Below are positions 12,275-25,909 of a stretch of DNA of 64,000 nt, one piece after another. The position numbers were made by a program, and so were the translations under genes. The DNA is taken from contig MU004190.1 of NCBI GenBank assembly GCA_010093605.1, positions 1,571,599-1,635,598 of the forward strand. Direction: 5' to 3'. The notes under the pieces were generated by a model. It ran no database searches. It was not told where the DNA came from and worked only from the letters and a program-made list of their open reading frames with translations. How positions within the stretch are numbered: the first letter of the stretch is position 1; every line of letters starts with the position of its first letter. The DNA is from Lophium mytilinum. Taxonomy: Eukaryota.

Positions 12275-13614
12275 ATGGACAGCGCATACGACCACATCCA
12301 GGAAGAAAGCTACCCGGACGACGAGCCCCGCGCCCAGGATAGCTCCCAACGCCAGAGCGCCGACTTTAACTCGGAGATCCAGGAGGCGTATAAGGCCATA
12401 TCCGCCAGCCCATGGGCCGCGCGCTTGGGCGGCTTCCTGGGGACTGTGAAAAAGCAGGTAGGTAGCTCAGGTTGCCCTCTGTCGCGTCTTGGGCTGACAT
12501 AGCGGCATAGGGCGAGCAATACTACGATGGCGCCCGCAAGGAAGCTGCTGCTGCCAGTGAGCAGGCCAGTAAGGGCTTGACCTCCATCATAAGCCGGACT
12601 CGCGCTGTTTCTATCCAAGAACCCGGATCAGAGGCTGGCTCGTCAAAGGAGAAGGATGCGTCGACAGCAGAACCCTCTTCCCCACCACACCCCGACCGCC
12701 CCGAATCGCTTCCCGCAGACATCGTCAAGGAAGCCGAGGGAATCCTTGCGCGTTTCAAGTCCGAGGCTGCGAAGCGGTTGAAGGATATCGAGAAGGCAGA
12801 GGACGCAGCGGACGAAGCGCTGCTGAAGTTTGGCACCAACATCCGGAGTTTCCTGCGTGAGGCGGTTACGATTGCGCCGCCAGACGCAGAGTCCTCATCA
12901 GACGACCCAACAAAGGTGCTTTTCGAGAGCAAAGACTCGGAAGGCAAGCGTGTCATCCACACTACCCGCTTCGATGCCCAGCTACACGTTATCCACTCTT
13001 CCCTCGATAGCTTCCTCAGAGACCCGGTAAGCCCGGAATGGGCTGGTTGGGCTGACAAGTTCGACATCGATGGCAAGACCGATGCAATTTCCAAAGACCT
13101 AGAGAAGCACGAGGAGCTCAGGAGAGCAATGGAGAAGCTTGTACCAGAAAAAGTCGAATACGCCCAATTCTGGAAACGATACTACTTCCTCCGCCACGTA
13201 ATCGAGAGCGAGGAGCAGAGGCGGCGAGAGATGCTAAAAGGTAATCCCCCAACCCACACCATCCCCAACTCTCCAACCTAAAGCATCTTGCTGATTCATA
13301 ATTCTACAGCCTCCGCAGCCGCCCCCTCGGACGAAGAAGTCGGCTGGGACGAAGACTCCGACGACGAATCCCCCACCCCAAACCCTCACCCACTCGCCGC
13401 CTCCAAGGAAACCCTCAAGCCTGGCGAGAACCCGCACTCGGACCTCCTCAAGCCCGAGGCCGCGCCCCGCCGCTCCAACGACGGCCACTCCCAGGCCGAC
13501 AGCGACGCCAGCTACGACCTTGTGAGCGGGGCGACGAGCCGCGCGCCAGGGAGTCCGAAAGAATCAAAGAAGGAGACTGTGAATGAGGAGAGCGATGAGG
13601 AAGATTGGGAATAA
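12275..13614 (+). CDS. BSD-domain protein (Dos2-like); introns ~12458-12510, ~13241-13309
   Basis: BSD core [34 protein letters not shown] and an acidic end DEEDWE; splice sites restore the frame. Confidence 0.85.
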
Positions 13615-14142
13615 AGCGTTAGCGGTCGTGCTCGGTTTGTAGGTGACAGTGTAGGTGTAGTTGTGGCTGTGGTTGTGGTAATCTTCAATTTATTGCGGTT
13701 GGGCGCACCCAATGCGCGGTGTTCTGGCGTTGCAGTTTCTTAGGGTTTCTTCGGTGAAGAATCCATGCTTTGGCTTTGTCTTGCGCTACCTATACCTCCT
13801 AGCTCTGGCGTAGAGTTGTCAAGAAAAACTTGACCGAGTTCTCTTAAAAAAAAATCGGAAATAGCAAGTGACGTTACGAAGAACAGGAAAAAGTGGTATC
13901 TTATTGGTACTCCGTATGTCATGAACATATAGCATCTAACCCCCCGCCATGGAACCCGTAGGCAATGCAGCACAAACATAACAGCATTTAACCTGACATA
14001 GTGAGCAAGCTTATTCTGAAGCATACCTCTCGCCCTTTGTGAGTCCAGCGCCCTCCTTCACGGCCGCCCCTTTCCCCGGCCGCCCTTTTCTCTACCACGC
14101 TTTCCACTCCCCTGATCTTCGACTCCACTTCATACTTCCCAT

Positions 14143-16674
14143 CTATTCCTTCTTCCCACTACTTGGTGGCGTCTCCACTCCTAAGCCAATCACGTTCTCC
14201 TTCCCTTGGGCCCTTAGGCCAACCCTAGGACTGCTCGACGTCGCCGGCGCCGTCAGCGGTCCCCCACGGAACGGGATGGGCCCAGTATTCCCCGTCGCCC
14301 GCCTCAGCAACGGACTCGGGCTGGACATCGCATGTCTCGGCATCGGTCTCTGCTCTCGTGACGGGAGCGGAATATCCTGAGTCGAATACCCCGGCGAGCT
14401 GGGCGAGTACCCAGCAGTGCTAGGCGAATACCTCGAGTTCGACGCAAACTGGCCCCTGGACGGCGTATCGATGCGCGACGGCGTCTGCGAGCGCGACCGA
14501 CTACTCACAGACGGAGTCGGGCGCGGGTACCCGTTGTAATCAAAGGTGTCGGGAGCGTCCGCAAAGCCACCGTAATGCGGCTCTCCGACGCCGTTGTTGT
14601 AGCTGTCGTAGTCGTCGCCGTATGGGGATCGCTGGCCCTCCCCATCCAGCCACTCGCCATGGTTTTCTGAATCTTGGTTGTGGGATTGGTATTCCTCGCC
14701 CCTTCGCTTGATCGGGCTTTCGTTGTAGGGGTCGAACCCCACGCGCCTCATGGCGTCGCGGCGGACGCGGCGGCGGAGGTCGGCGTCCCCGCCGGCGCCG
14801 ACGGTGGCGTTCTCGTCGAGGAAGAAGTTGAGGTGTTCGTCTGGAATGACGAGGTGGGAGGATTGCTGGAATTGCTGGAGGGAGGTGAGGCGGATGAGCA
14901 TTTCGAGAAGGGAGAGGGTGGTTTTGATGGCTGGGAGGGGGCCAGGTCTTGGCGTGAATTGGGGGAGGGGGGCGGCGTGTTTGGTCGGAGAGGGGATGAG
15001 CTGCGTGTTGGGCGGCTGGGGGGTTCCTGCAGGTGAAGGGGTGGGAGTGCTAATATTGAGATTGGAGAACTTGGCTGCTAGGGGAGATGGGCCCTTAGAG
15101 GAGGCGGTAGGGGTTGCTGGTCGTGAGGAGGCCTTGTAACCGGCGGAGGAGGGTGTTTCGGCTTCGAGTTCACTCTCAGTGTCGGAGTCCAACGGGGATT
15201 CGGTATAGACTTCGAACGCCATCCATTCTGGGTCCAGGCCGGGGGGCAGTCGCCACGGGTCATGGAGTTGCTCTGGTGCCTCGAGAGGCTCTTCTGGGAG
15301 ATTGACGGAAGACTCACGCCTAAGCTGGGCGTCGAGTTCTGACTGCTCGTCATAAGGATCAGTGGGGGACTCGTCTTCATCCCACTCTTCTTGCCGACGC
15401 ATCATACGCCGTGGTGGCTGTGCATTGACATCCCGCTTGATAAGAAGGATCGGATTGTTGGTCTCGCCTTCAGTGCCGATATTCAGAATTTTGCCAGTAT
15501 CCGCGTAGAAGATCTTGGAAATTTGATGGATAGGTATTATCTCTCGGATTCCTGCACTCTCCACGTCGTCGTAAGGACCAGGCTGCGGTTCACCTTCTTC
15601 AAAGCTATGCACTCTATCGTCGTCCAGATCTTCGATAATCTGGAACTGGTAGGCGAACTCGTGGGCCTTGCCCTCGGAGGGTATCTGATCGGAAAACCAT
15701 CCATTGCGTGCAACACCGTTGGAGGGATTCAGACCTTCCAACATATCCAGGGGAACACGCAGAAGCTTCATGCGCATTTTGTGAATGACCTCTTTCCAAG
15801 TAGTTTCCCGAATGCTCTGCTCATCTTGGGGTCTCCGCGAATGGCCAGCGAAGAGCATGTACATGGACAAGGTGAAGGTTGGGCCAATCTGCTGCGTACG
15901 GGACGGGGTTGACATGTATTGCGAATCGCCGGCCGTGAGCCAAGTACTAGCTTGGAGCAGTCGAGACGGAGAGACGGTCTGTGGAAGGGTTGTCGACATA
16001 CTTGCTCCGGAGGTGGTAATGGCTAGATTGATGAGAGGGAGCGCATCTTCGATCCGCTCCAGCAGCTTCTTCATGTCAGAGGCGATTAGTTTGAGCTCGA
16101 GGGCATTCTGCTCTCGAGACCTAGCGCTAGCGCCGCCTTTTCGAGCCAGCTCCTGCTCTCCAACGGCTCTCTCAAGTCGTGTTCCCAGCTTTTGAATGTC
16201 CAACCGGAGTTGGTTCGTCAAGCCTACTGCGGATTCCAGGGACGTGTTGCCTCGGGCTGCGATGAGCTCAATCATGTCGATGGCAGGGGCAATGATCTAC
16301 GGCGATTTAGTCTTAAATATGATACTGAGGCGTTCAACTCACCCTGATCTTGCTCTCAAGCCGGGCCTGTAGAGTCTTGATCTCGTCACGTTCTTCGCCT
16401 TTGGCAGCGGCCTACACAAGGGTTACATCCTTTGCGTGTTGCGTTAGTAGGGTAAAAGGCTTACCATCACTAGCTGGGTGCATTGCTTGATTGCATATCC
16501 ACCAGTGAGACTGATACCAGTCCGAATGGCATAGTTCATTGCCTGCTGGGTCACCTGGAGAAATCGTAAGAACCATGATCGGAAAATATTATTTTTTCTT
16601 GAGCAAGAGATTCAGACTCCTGGAATGAAGTCAACTAAAAGGAACCCACTTACGTTTTTCAGAAGATAGTCCAT
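14143..16674 (-). CDS. RanGTP-binding protein (Yrb30-like), with short 5' exons
   Basis: N-terminus MDYLLKN/VTQQAMNYAIRTGISLTGGYAIKQ, PAIDMIELIAARGNTSLES, RIEDALPLINLAITTSG; 710-aa terminal exon. Confidence 0.8.
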
Positions 16675-17437
16675 CCTGGCGAGTGTGGGGGCGAGCGTTG
16701 GTGGACTAGGGGGAAGTATTGCAGAGACCACGCGAATGAAGGAAGAGGACTGGTATTTATTGGGTCGTCGCGGTGAAAGGGCCTAGACTGAAGCACTCAG
16801 ACATGTTGCACCAGCTTCAGTGTGTTACAAAAGTGAATCAAAATGGATATTGGGCGTGTGCGATTTGGTAGTCTGGTTATGTGGACGCGTTAGTGGTGTT
16901 TGCTTTCTGTAAGGCTGCCGTGCATGAGGGTCAAGTATTTTGAGTGCGCTTAGCTCACACTAGCGCCGTCGCAGCACAGGCAGCACAGGCACGTGACAGG
17001 ATAACGTGGCCTCGCAAGATGTGAAACGGATGAGAAACTTCCGGTACGTCTCTGATGCTATTTCGAGATACTTGAGATGGTGACATAACAGTGTAAATAG
17101 GCCGACGGTAAGGCCGTTCCATTTAGCTGTGACCGAAGACGGACAGCTATACTTCTAATCGGCCTCCCACGCTAAATATGAGGCTATCTGTGCAAGGCTG
17201 CAGCCCGCACGTGATTGGAACCCAATTTGCCCCGCCACAATACCGTCAGGGCACAAGGAATTGTTCCCAACGTTGCAGCCCTTTTAGCCCTTCGACGAAC
17301 AATATAAACCTCCCCGTGCCCAGGTGCACCGCCCAGCACGACCATCTTCATCGCACCACCTCCGCCACGCCTTCCGCTCCCTTGTTCACCGCTGCCTCAC
17401 ACCTCAGCACACATACTACCCCGCCGTTGCCCGCACA

Positions 17438-19978
17438 ATGGCCGAGTCCTGGGAGCAAGAGGAGGAGGAGCTCTCCCGCCAGACGCAGCAAAACCTCAAC
17501 ATCAATAACCCGCAAGCAGGCACTTTCCGACCCGGTGCCTCGAGTTTCCAGCCCGGCGTACAGTCCTTCCAGCCCGGCCAGTTCCAGCAATACGCAGGCG
17601 GCTACGGCCAACAGGGCTACGGACAGCAACAGCAATACTATACCCCACAGCAGCAACAACAAGGATACGGATATCCCCAGTACGGCCAGCAAGGCTACGG
17701 CGCACAGGGCCAATACCCCCAATATGGGCAGCAGGGCGGGCAACAGGGCTACGGCCAGCAATATGGTGCCTTCAACCAGCAGCCGGGCGGGTTCCAACAG
17801 CCTCCAGGTCAGGGTCAGCAGAGGCAGGTCCCCGTGATTGCAAAGAGGCCACAGGCTGGCGACAGCGCACCATCACCTGTTCCAGCTGCGAAGCCCGCCA
17901 CAACGACCAGCACTGGACCGAAGGTTCTGAGCATCACCGGAGATGCGCCCAAAGCCAAAGTCCTGTCCATCAGCGCAGATCCAGCCACCAAAGTTGAGAC
18001 TTCCGGCAAGACCAAAGTGCTAAGCATCGGCTTGTCTGCGACACCAGCGTCAGCAGCAAAGGAGAATGTGGACAAGGAAGCTCCCGATGCTGGAGCGAAA
18101 GTAGCGGCCGCCAAGGCCATCGAGAAGACTGGTGAACCACCAGCAGCAAAAGCTGCAACCGGCAAATCATCCCCAACACCCTCCAGTGGCCGCAACAGTC
18201 CCTCTCGCGGAGAAGCACGCGCAGCCCGGGAAGCAGACGCCGTTGCCAAGGAACAAGCCGCCGAGGTTGACGAAGAAGTTCTGGCCGAGATCTATGGAAA
18301 GGAGCACGTCAATGTTATTTTCTTGGGTGAGACATCCCCCGTCATTTTTAGCATCACTTTACTAAGTCGGCATTGTAGGTCATGTCGATGCGGGTAAATC
18401 GACGCTCGGGGGCTCTATATTGTACGCCACAGGCATGGTTGATGAGCGGACGATGGAGAAGTATAAGCGAGAAGCGAAAGAGCAAGGTCGCGAGACATGG
18501 TATCTATCATGGGCTCTAGATTTGACTAAAGAGGAACGATCTAAAGGCAAGACCGTTGAAGTAGGAAAGGGCTTCTTCGAGACCGAGAAGCGTCGCTACA
18601 GCATCCTCGACGCGCCAGGTATGTTCTGCTTCCCACGGCGTCTGAGCGGGGCTAACTGTGATATAGGCCATAAAACGTACGTCCCGAACATGATCGGAGG
18701 TGCATCACAAGCCGATGTTGGAGTTCTGGTTATATCTGCCCGCAAGGGAGAATACGAGACCGGATTTGAGAAGGGTGGGCAGACTCGAGAGCACGCCATG
18801 CTTGCGAAGACTCAGGTTCGTATCAGAAACCCTCTACTTCTGCTCGCTTGACTAACCTAAGTGCAGGGTGTGAACAAGCTTATCGTAGCCGTCAACAAAA
18901 TGGATGATGTCACAGTGTAAGTTCCCAAGTCCAGAGTGTTCTTTATACCTGATTCATGTAATATTGATGTCGTATAGAGAATGGAGCGAAGCGCGATACA
19001 AGGAGTGCACCTCAAAGCTCACATTATTCTTGAAAGGTACAGCTCAAAGCATCTCAATCGTACACATTTGCTAACAGATTCATAGGTGTTGGTTACAACC
19101 CAAAGACAGACCTCGCGTTTATGCCTATCAGCGCCCAAACCACACTCGGAATCAAAAACCGAGTACCGAAGGACATTGCGCCGTGGTATGAGGGCCCCTC
19201 GCTTTTAGAGTATCTCGACAACATGCAAACTTTGGAGCGTAAAGTCAACGCCCCATTCATGATGCCCATAGCGGCAAAGTACCGGGACATGGGTTCGTAA
19301 CTCGCTCTGCACATATGACGTTCATTGCTGACTTTTCTAGGAACCATGATAGAAGGAAAGATCGAGGCGGGAGTGATCAAGAAGGATACTAAGTACATGA
19401 TGATGCCCAATCGCGAACTGATCAGCATATCTGCGCTGTACGGCGAACAAGAAGAAGAGATACCCGCCGCAACGTGCGGAGACCAAGTGCGCCTACGAAT
19501 CCGAGGTGTGGAAGAAGAAGATATCCTTCCTGGTTTCGTCCTCTGCTCGGAGAAACGTCCAGTTCATTGTGTCTCCGTTTTTGAAGCGCAAGTCGTCCTT
19601 CTACCCGAGCTGAAGAGTATTCTCAGCGCTGGATTCAATTGCGTAATGCATGTGCACGCCGCTCAAGAAGAAGTTACGTTTGTTGCTTTGCTACACAAGC
19701 TCGAGAAAGGCACAGGTCGACGGTCAAAGAAGGCGCCTGGCTTTGCTACGAAGGGCATGTCTATCATCGCGAGAATTGAGGTGACGGGTGGAGCCGGCTC
19801 AATCTGTGTGGAGCGATTCGAGGATTATCCACAACTAGGGCGCTTTACACTCCGAGATCAGGTACGTTGCCTGTTCTTATTCGATTTGATTGTACTGACT
19901 CTCAAACAGGGCCAAACCATCGCCATCGGCAAGATCACGAAGCTCATCACGGATCCGGCCGCGCCAGAAGCTTCTTAA
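17438..19978 (+). CDS. SUP35: Translation release factor eRF3 with a Q/G/Y-rich N-domain (about 7 introns)
   Basis: [50 protein letters not shown]-terminal GYGQQ-type repeats. Confidence 0.97.
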
Positions 19979-20598
19979 ATTGCTAAATAATTGGGTTCAT
20001 GGAAAGCTCCGGCTATGAAACAGGAAATAGGAGTGTCAATAGCATTGGAGATCGGATGACCTTAGGCGGAGGTATGGGACGGCTGGTTGGGATGCACTAG
20101 GTAGCGCTTCAACATAGAGTCAAAAGCACATGCATTCTTTAGAGCCGGCCGTTGGGACCTACTTGGTCATTTCAATTGGATGGCTGTATCGCCCACTCTC
20201 CCCTTATACCACTGTATAGTGCTAGGTCACAAGCCAGTGCACTCTACTTCCCGTCAATCCTGGGTCTATTGCCTGAAGCGACCCAAGTAAGAAGCCGATT
20301 GTTGAGATGCTTTCTCTGGTCCTTATCCGGAGCTTTGAAACCACATCGGAGCATCCCAAGCAGTGGTAACTGAGACTACACATATAGAACTACACATGTG
20401 TGCATAAGATGGATTGAGGCTAATCGAAGCTGAATATTGCACAATCCGTTACGGTCGAATCAGTCTTCATTCAATGTTAAACCGTGATGTTTGTGGTGTG
20501 CTACAGTAAAGCTTCCGATAATTCTCTCTGGGTATAGAACTCCGTAAAATGCTTGCAATCCAATGCGCCGAGACCGTGATGTTGCCTTTTCCCTTACC

Positions 20599-21729
20599 TC
20601 AGTCGGAATCGTATGCTACAAGAAGCGGGGGAGGCTTCAAGACATCTTGCCGACTGCTCGAAACTTCTGCACTATTGGCTCTAACTGTCGTGATCTGGTC
20701 GGTCTTACTCGTGTATGACTTTTCAGTCTCTCCCTTGCGTTTCCGTTTGATACCCGCGATGACTTTTGAAGTGGTGCCGTTCGAAGATGACCGCGGTGAA
20801 GCCGTAAGAAATGGGTCCAATACAGCCCGTGTATTCCCACGGAGTTCGTGCTGCAGAAGCTGCCTTCTCTTCTCAGCCTCCCGCGTCGCCCGAGTCTTCT
20901 TATCAGCCTTCCCACTCTTCTTCGCATCCGCTGCCTTAACGATTGCCGTCTCGGACGCAAATAGGGGTTTGCGCACAGCCTTCCCGACATCCCCAACCCC
21001 GAGCTCCCCAAACTCAACTGCCCCAGCACGAATCCTATCCCCCTCCACTTCATCCTCAATATCGAACCCAATCCCAAACCTCTCCTGCATTCCTTCCGTA
21101 TGCGCTTGTTTTTTCTCTAACACCTTCCTCTCCGCTCTAAACCCCCGCCTCAGCCGTCTATTAACCGCATCTGGATCCTGCCAGCTCCTCTCCTGCGCCT
21201 CTACTAGCTCTTCAATCCTCTCTTTACTCTTCTTCTCCACTTGCTTCTCCCCCACCTTCCCCTCCAACGCCGCAAACGCATCCATCCTCCTCCTCTCCCT
21301 CTCCTCCTCGGTCAACATCGCCCCCTCCCCGTCCGCAAGGTCATCCCCAAAGATCCTCCCCCCAAACTCCTCCTCCTCCCTCCCATCCCTCCGCCTCGCA
21401 CCCTCGATCACCTCATACTTCCCCTCCTTCGGATTCGTGCGTATCTCAAGCCACCCGCCACAAATCGTATGCTTCATGCGGAAACTCCAGACAGGGGTAG
21501 AGTAATACATCCCGACCTTCTTCTTCTCGGCGTTGAAGCGTACGCCCTGGCCGATGACGACTTCGGGCTTGCAGTGCTCGCAGAAGAGGGCGAAGGGCAT
21601 CTCGAAGCGCACGGTGAGGATGCCTTGCGGGAGTTTGCGCGCGCGGGCGCCGAGGGGGTGGGATTTGTTGAAGGTTGGGGCGGAGTCGGAGGAGGGGGGG
21701 TAGTAGCGGCCCATGTTGAAGCCTTGCAT
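20599..21729 (-). CDS. CWC16/Yju2-family splicing factor (CCDC130/Saf4-like)
   Basis: MQGFNMGRYYPP, VRFEMPF-x-xCxxC, GVRFNAEKKKVG-x-YYSTP-x-WSFRMK, IRTNP. Confidence 0.9.
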   Translation of the reverse strand: MQGFNMGRYYPPSSDSAPTFNKSHPLGARARKLPQGILTVRFEMPFALFCEHCKPEVVIGQGVRFNAEKKKVGMYYSTPVWSFRMKHTICGGWLEIRTNPKEGKYEVIEGARRRDGREEEEFGGRIFGDDLADGEGAMLTEEERERRRMDAFAALEGKVGEKQVEKKSKERIEELVEAQERSWQDPDAVNRRLRRGFRAERKVLEKKQAHTEGMQERFGIGFDIEDEVEGDRIRAGAVEFGELGVGDVGKAVRKPLFASETAIVKAADAKKSGKADKKTRATREAEKRRQLLQHELRGNTRAVLDPFLTASPRSSSNGTTSKVIAGIKRKRKGETEKSYTSKTDQITTVRANSAEVSSSRQDVLKPPPLLVAYDSD

Positions 21730-22253
21730 CTTGGTGGTTTGGGGCGCGGAGGCGCGGGGGTGCGGGTGGGTGAGGTGAGGGTGGCGGTTGGGAGGTCGGG
21801 GAAGCGTGGGTGTTTACTTTGGAGGGCTTGTATCCCGGAAACTAGCTCGAGGTATGGGCGGAGGGGTCTTGGTGTTGTGACCTCGGGAGACTCTGGTGGG
21901 AGGATGTGGGATTGATGATGAAGGGACGAATAGCGAGATGGTAAGTCAGAGGTTCCCCCTCGCTAAGCACCCGGGACCGATGACGTCTAGCTGCATGCCC
22001 TAACAACCCGCAATACCCTTCCCGCTCCGCGTCCCTGCATTCACTATTATCCTCGGTATCCTTGTGGACATACCAGATACCCAATACTCTGATTCTCTCT
22101 GCTTGAGAAATGCCTTTTCATCACTGCTTGAACCCCTGATTGTCTGATTCTCTTGTCTCTTGTGGAAGTCCCAGCTGTCTCAGCTCCTTCATCCCCGCGA
22201 ACCTCCTATCCATCCACCTCTCGCATCCTCGATCATCCTACAAACCCTCTAAG

Positions 22254-25215
22254 ATGCCTATTAGCACCATATCCGTCGGCGCTGCTGTGACACCGACCGT
22301 CATCGAAACCTACATATCACACGTAAGGTCGCGAAATAGCTGCTTACGACGCGCGCTCACCATGACAGTATCTCAATCGCAAACCGCTCCGCCAGAAGCC
22401 CACCGCGCACATATCGTACCACGAAGGCCTTCAGCTTATACGCCAATTCCTACACTATGCTTCCTTTCATACCGTCGAAGATATCCAATCCTTCACAGCA
22501 CAATGGGTGCCCGTTCCGACCTGGGTCAAGCAAGAGGTAATCGAGATTCCGCAAGCCAAGCTCACCAAGTCAGCCGAGTATCTCGAGGCGCAGCTAGGTC
22601 CAGAAGGGATAAAACAAGTCGGGGGGAAGAAGTGGTGGCAATGGCGACGCGATAATGGCGTGTTGAAGGCCGAGTGGATTGAGATGCGCAAAGACTACAA
22701 TGAGCGCAAGAAAGCTGGGAGCGGAGGAGGACAGCGGATCATGCTTTATGTGCACGGCGGCGCATACTACTTTGGTAGCGTTGACGAGCATCGGTATCAA
22801 ATGCAACGGCATGCGCGAAAGCTGAAAGCAAGAGTCCTAGCGCCGAGATATCGTCTTGCGCCCCAGTTCCCATTCCCTTGCGGACTCTATGATTGCTTGG
22901 CGGCTTACCTATACTTACTGGAGAACCACAACCCCAACACTATCATATTGGCTGGCGACTCTGCTGGTGGTGGCATGGTCCTCAGCATGCTGGTCATTCT
23001 GCGTGACCAGGGTGTCCCGTTACCAGCTGGGGCAATACTGATATCGCCTTGGGTCGATTTGACCCATTCATTTCCTAGTCTAGGAGGTGATGGTCGCTTA
23101 GATTATATCCCAGCGCATGGCTTTGTTCACAAGCCATGTATGAGTTGGCGTAAGTTCTGATACATCGTCTCATTTTGGTATCAAGCTGACATCTTCAAGC
23201 ACCTCCCAGTGTAGATGATATGCTCGAGCTCCACAAGGGTACCAAGAATGCAGACTCCAAAGACAAACTGACACCCCACCTTCCCAAGGCGAGAACAAGC
23301 AGGGAAGAAAAAGAAGCAGAAAAGGAAGCGCACAAAGAGCGAGTCCGCGGATTCTCCGTCCGAGACGCCGAGCGGCCGGACCTCAGTGCATTGAAGCATC
23401 CTGACGAAGGCACAGGCGCTGAGAAGAGTTTGTTCGAAACGGCAAACCCTGCGATATCCCAGCATGCTCTTCTATCTATCAACATTGACGGGGAAATAAT
23501 CGAGATCAAGGACCAGATTCAGATATATGCTGCGAACCATCTCATTAACCACCCGTTGGTTTCTCCGGCGCTAACCCCATCTCTTGGTGGTCTCCCGCCT
23601 CTTTTAATACAAGTCGGAGGTGGAGAACTTTTAAGAGATGAACAAATCTACATTGCACACAAGGCGGCTTCGCCTCTCTCCTACGTCCCAAGCCCCTCCA
23701 TACATCAATCGATCGAGCTCATCCAATCCCAAATCGCAAGCCATCGCCCCACAAATGTGCAATTGCAGGTCTGGGACGACCTTTGCCATGTCGCCCCGAC
23801 ACTCAGCTTTACTCGTCCAGCGAAATACATGTACCGTAGCATTGCTCAATTCGGTGCATGGGCTCTTGCGCACGCGCAGAAGACTGCTATTGATATCCTC
23901 GACGACGATGATGTCTCAGTCATCAGCTCTGGCTCATCCACCAACTCCAGCAGCAACTTGGCGCCGGAGGACATCAAACTATCCATGCCCCACAGTGCCC
24001 AAAACGTAGGTTTCGATCGAATTACCCGCGAAGCGACCAGTGGTAAAGGGCCTGAAGTGGGCAAGGCAGGGGATCCGCTCCCACCTTTCGACAAGCACAT
24101 GATTCGTCAACGCATTGACCGAAATGGTGTAATCCATTCGCTTGTACCACCCTCGGAGCTCGAGGCGTTGCAACTGGAACCCTCTGAGATTGGAACGATC
24201 AAGCCTGGCCCAGTACGAAAGTGGATGGGGGCGCAAAGCAAGTGGAACGAAAAATTCGCCAAACAAAAGAGGGCTGTGCAGAAGAAAAGGATAAAGCATA
24301 TGGAGCGCGGATATGAGGGATTCGATGGCGAAACACCTCCCCCTACTGCTTTGGCAGGGAGAAGGGTAAAGGGCATGGAGAAGGAGAAGCCAAACAAGAA
24401 GAGCTGGGGAATGAGCATGTGGAGTGTGTGGGGCAGCAAGCATGACGAGATGACCGTAAGTATACTCCTCCTTTTCGTTCATGTCGGGCCGATGCCCTCA
24501 GCCTGCAGTACCAGGAACTCCTGGGTGTGCTCGAAACATTATAGGTACTAGGACTTTCGTGTACTTTGCTAACACTTCACAGATCGAACGCGAACAAAAG
24601 GCCGAGGAAGAAGCCGCCCAGCCCTCCTCCACAGCTGCCGATGCCGAAACCACACCTGTATCCGACGACACCACAACTAACGGAGACTCCCCCCTCAAAC
24701 CACCACCTAGACCCCGCGACCGTTCCACGTCTGCCCGCGGCTCCTTCCGCCTCGCACTTCCTCGCACAACTTCTGCAGACCACTCCCGCTCCCGTTCGCG
24801 GTCCCGCGTTAGCACAGTCACCGACCGAGGGCAAGCCGACGCCGCATTAGAGGCTATGGCTCCTTCCACCCCCTATGCCGAAGCAACACAAGCGGCGCCA
24901 GAGTTCCTGATCAGTGCACCTGAAGAGGATGAACCCGTGTCACCGCCTACGATCGTGCCGGACAGTGACACACTGAGTACCCGGCCAACGAGAGCTGGAA
25001 TTGCGTATCCGTTTAAGTTGTCGGTTGGGGGAGTAGGGAAGGACGTGAACGCCAGCACTTTGACGTTGAATAGTGTTAGTGCCGATGATACGATTGCAGA
25101 GGAGGGGGAAGAGAGTGATGCGAAAGAGGCAGAGGCAACGGACGAGAAGACGGCGAGGCCGAGCGTAGAGAGATTCGTTACTGCTAGCGAAGCATTGGAT
25201 CAAGTAGGGAAGTGA
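22254..25215 (+). CDS. Alpha/beta-hydrolase-fold lipase/esterase (hormone-sensitive-lipase-like family), three introns
   Basis: HGGAY oxyanion motif, YRLAPQFPFP, GDSAGG nucleophile, SPWVDLT, GGGELLRDE, HVAP; introns ~22323-22369, ~23149-23199, ~24456-24582. Confidence 0.9.
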
Positions 25216-25909
25216 GACTTTGAGTAAGCGAGAGGGGAGCGTGCAAAGCAGGTAGTTGTATACCACTGTCATTCTACTTAGGCTATCTGAACCATTCATA
25301 TCGGCTCCTTACCTCGTCGCTTTCTATTGTGTAACCTGCGGCGTTTCGGTTGTTGAATTCACCTCTTTCAGAATTGGAGGCTCACGTGGGTCCTCGGCTC
25401 TTTTTTAGCTACGTCAAAAGCTTGAGCACTGGGCCCTGTACTCGATTCATGGCATTCAGGGCAAGGTTTTCAGTAGTAATACCCGAGAGGCTTACATCTC
25501 AGAATCCAAAATAAGCCCCTAAGTGGGCTTTCGAGAATCTGTTAGCTGCCCCGGAGTGCTCGAGACACTCTACGGTATTGCGATCCTATTTTACAATTCG
25601 CAACCCAAGAAGGTATATCTAGAAATGTGTACACTTGCTTGGCACAGCTCGGGGCCCTCTGGTATGTCATCAGAAGTCGTAAACCTTCAGTTTTGACAAG
25701 CGTGATAGCTTGCCAGGCTACCTCAGACGGCATGAGCTACTACTTTATGTTCAACGGAATGCTCAACGAAGCTGTCATAATAAAGGGCCGATTCGTGGTG
25801 TTTGAAAGGTTACATCTTGGCATTCAGCGTTTGTACCCCCAAGAGAGTTCTCGTTGCTCTATCAACTGTCCGAGATGCTCGTATATCACATCCGAACCCT
25901 TCGTTCCTC

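Noticed and set aside
20549..21915. 318-aa and 224-aa + strand ORFs
   Set aside because: Antisense shadows of the CWC16-family gene; the same applies to most other overlapping ORFs in the track.
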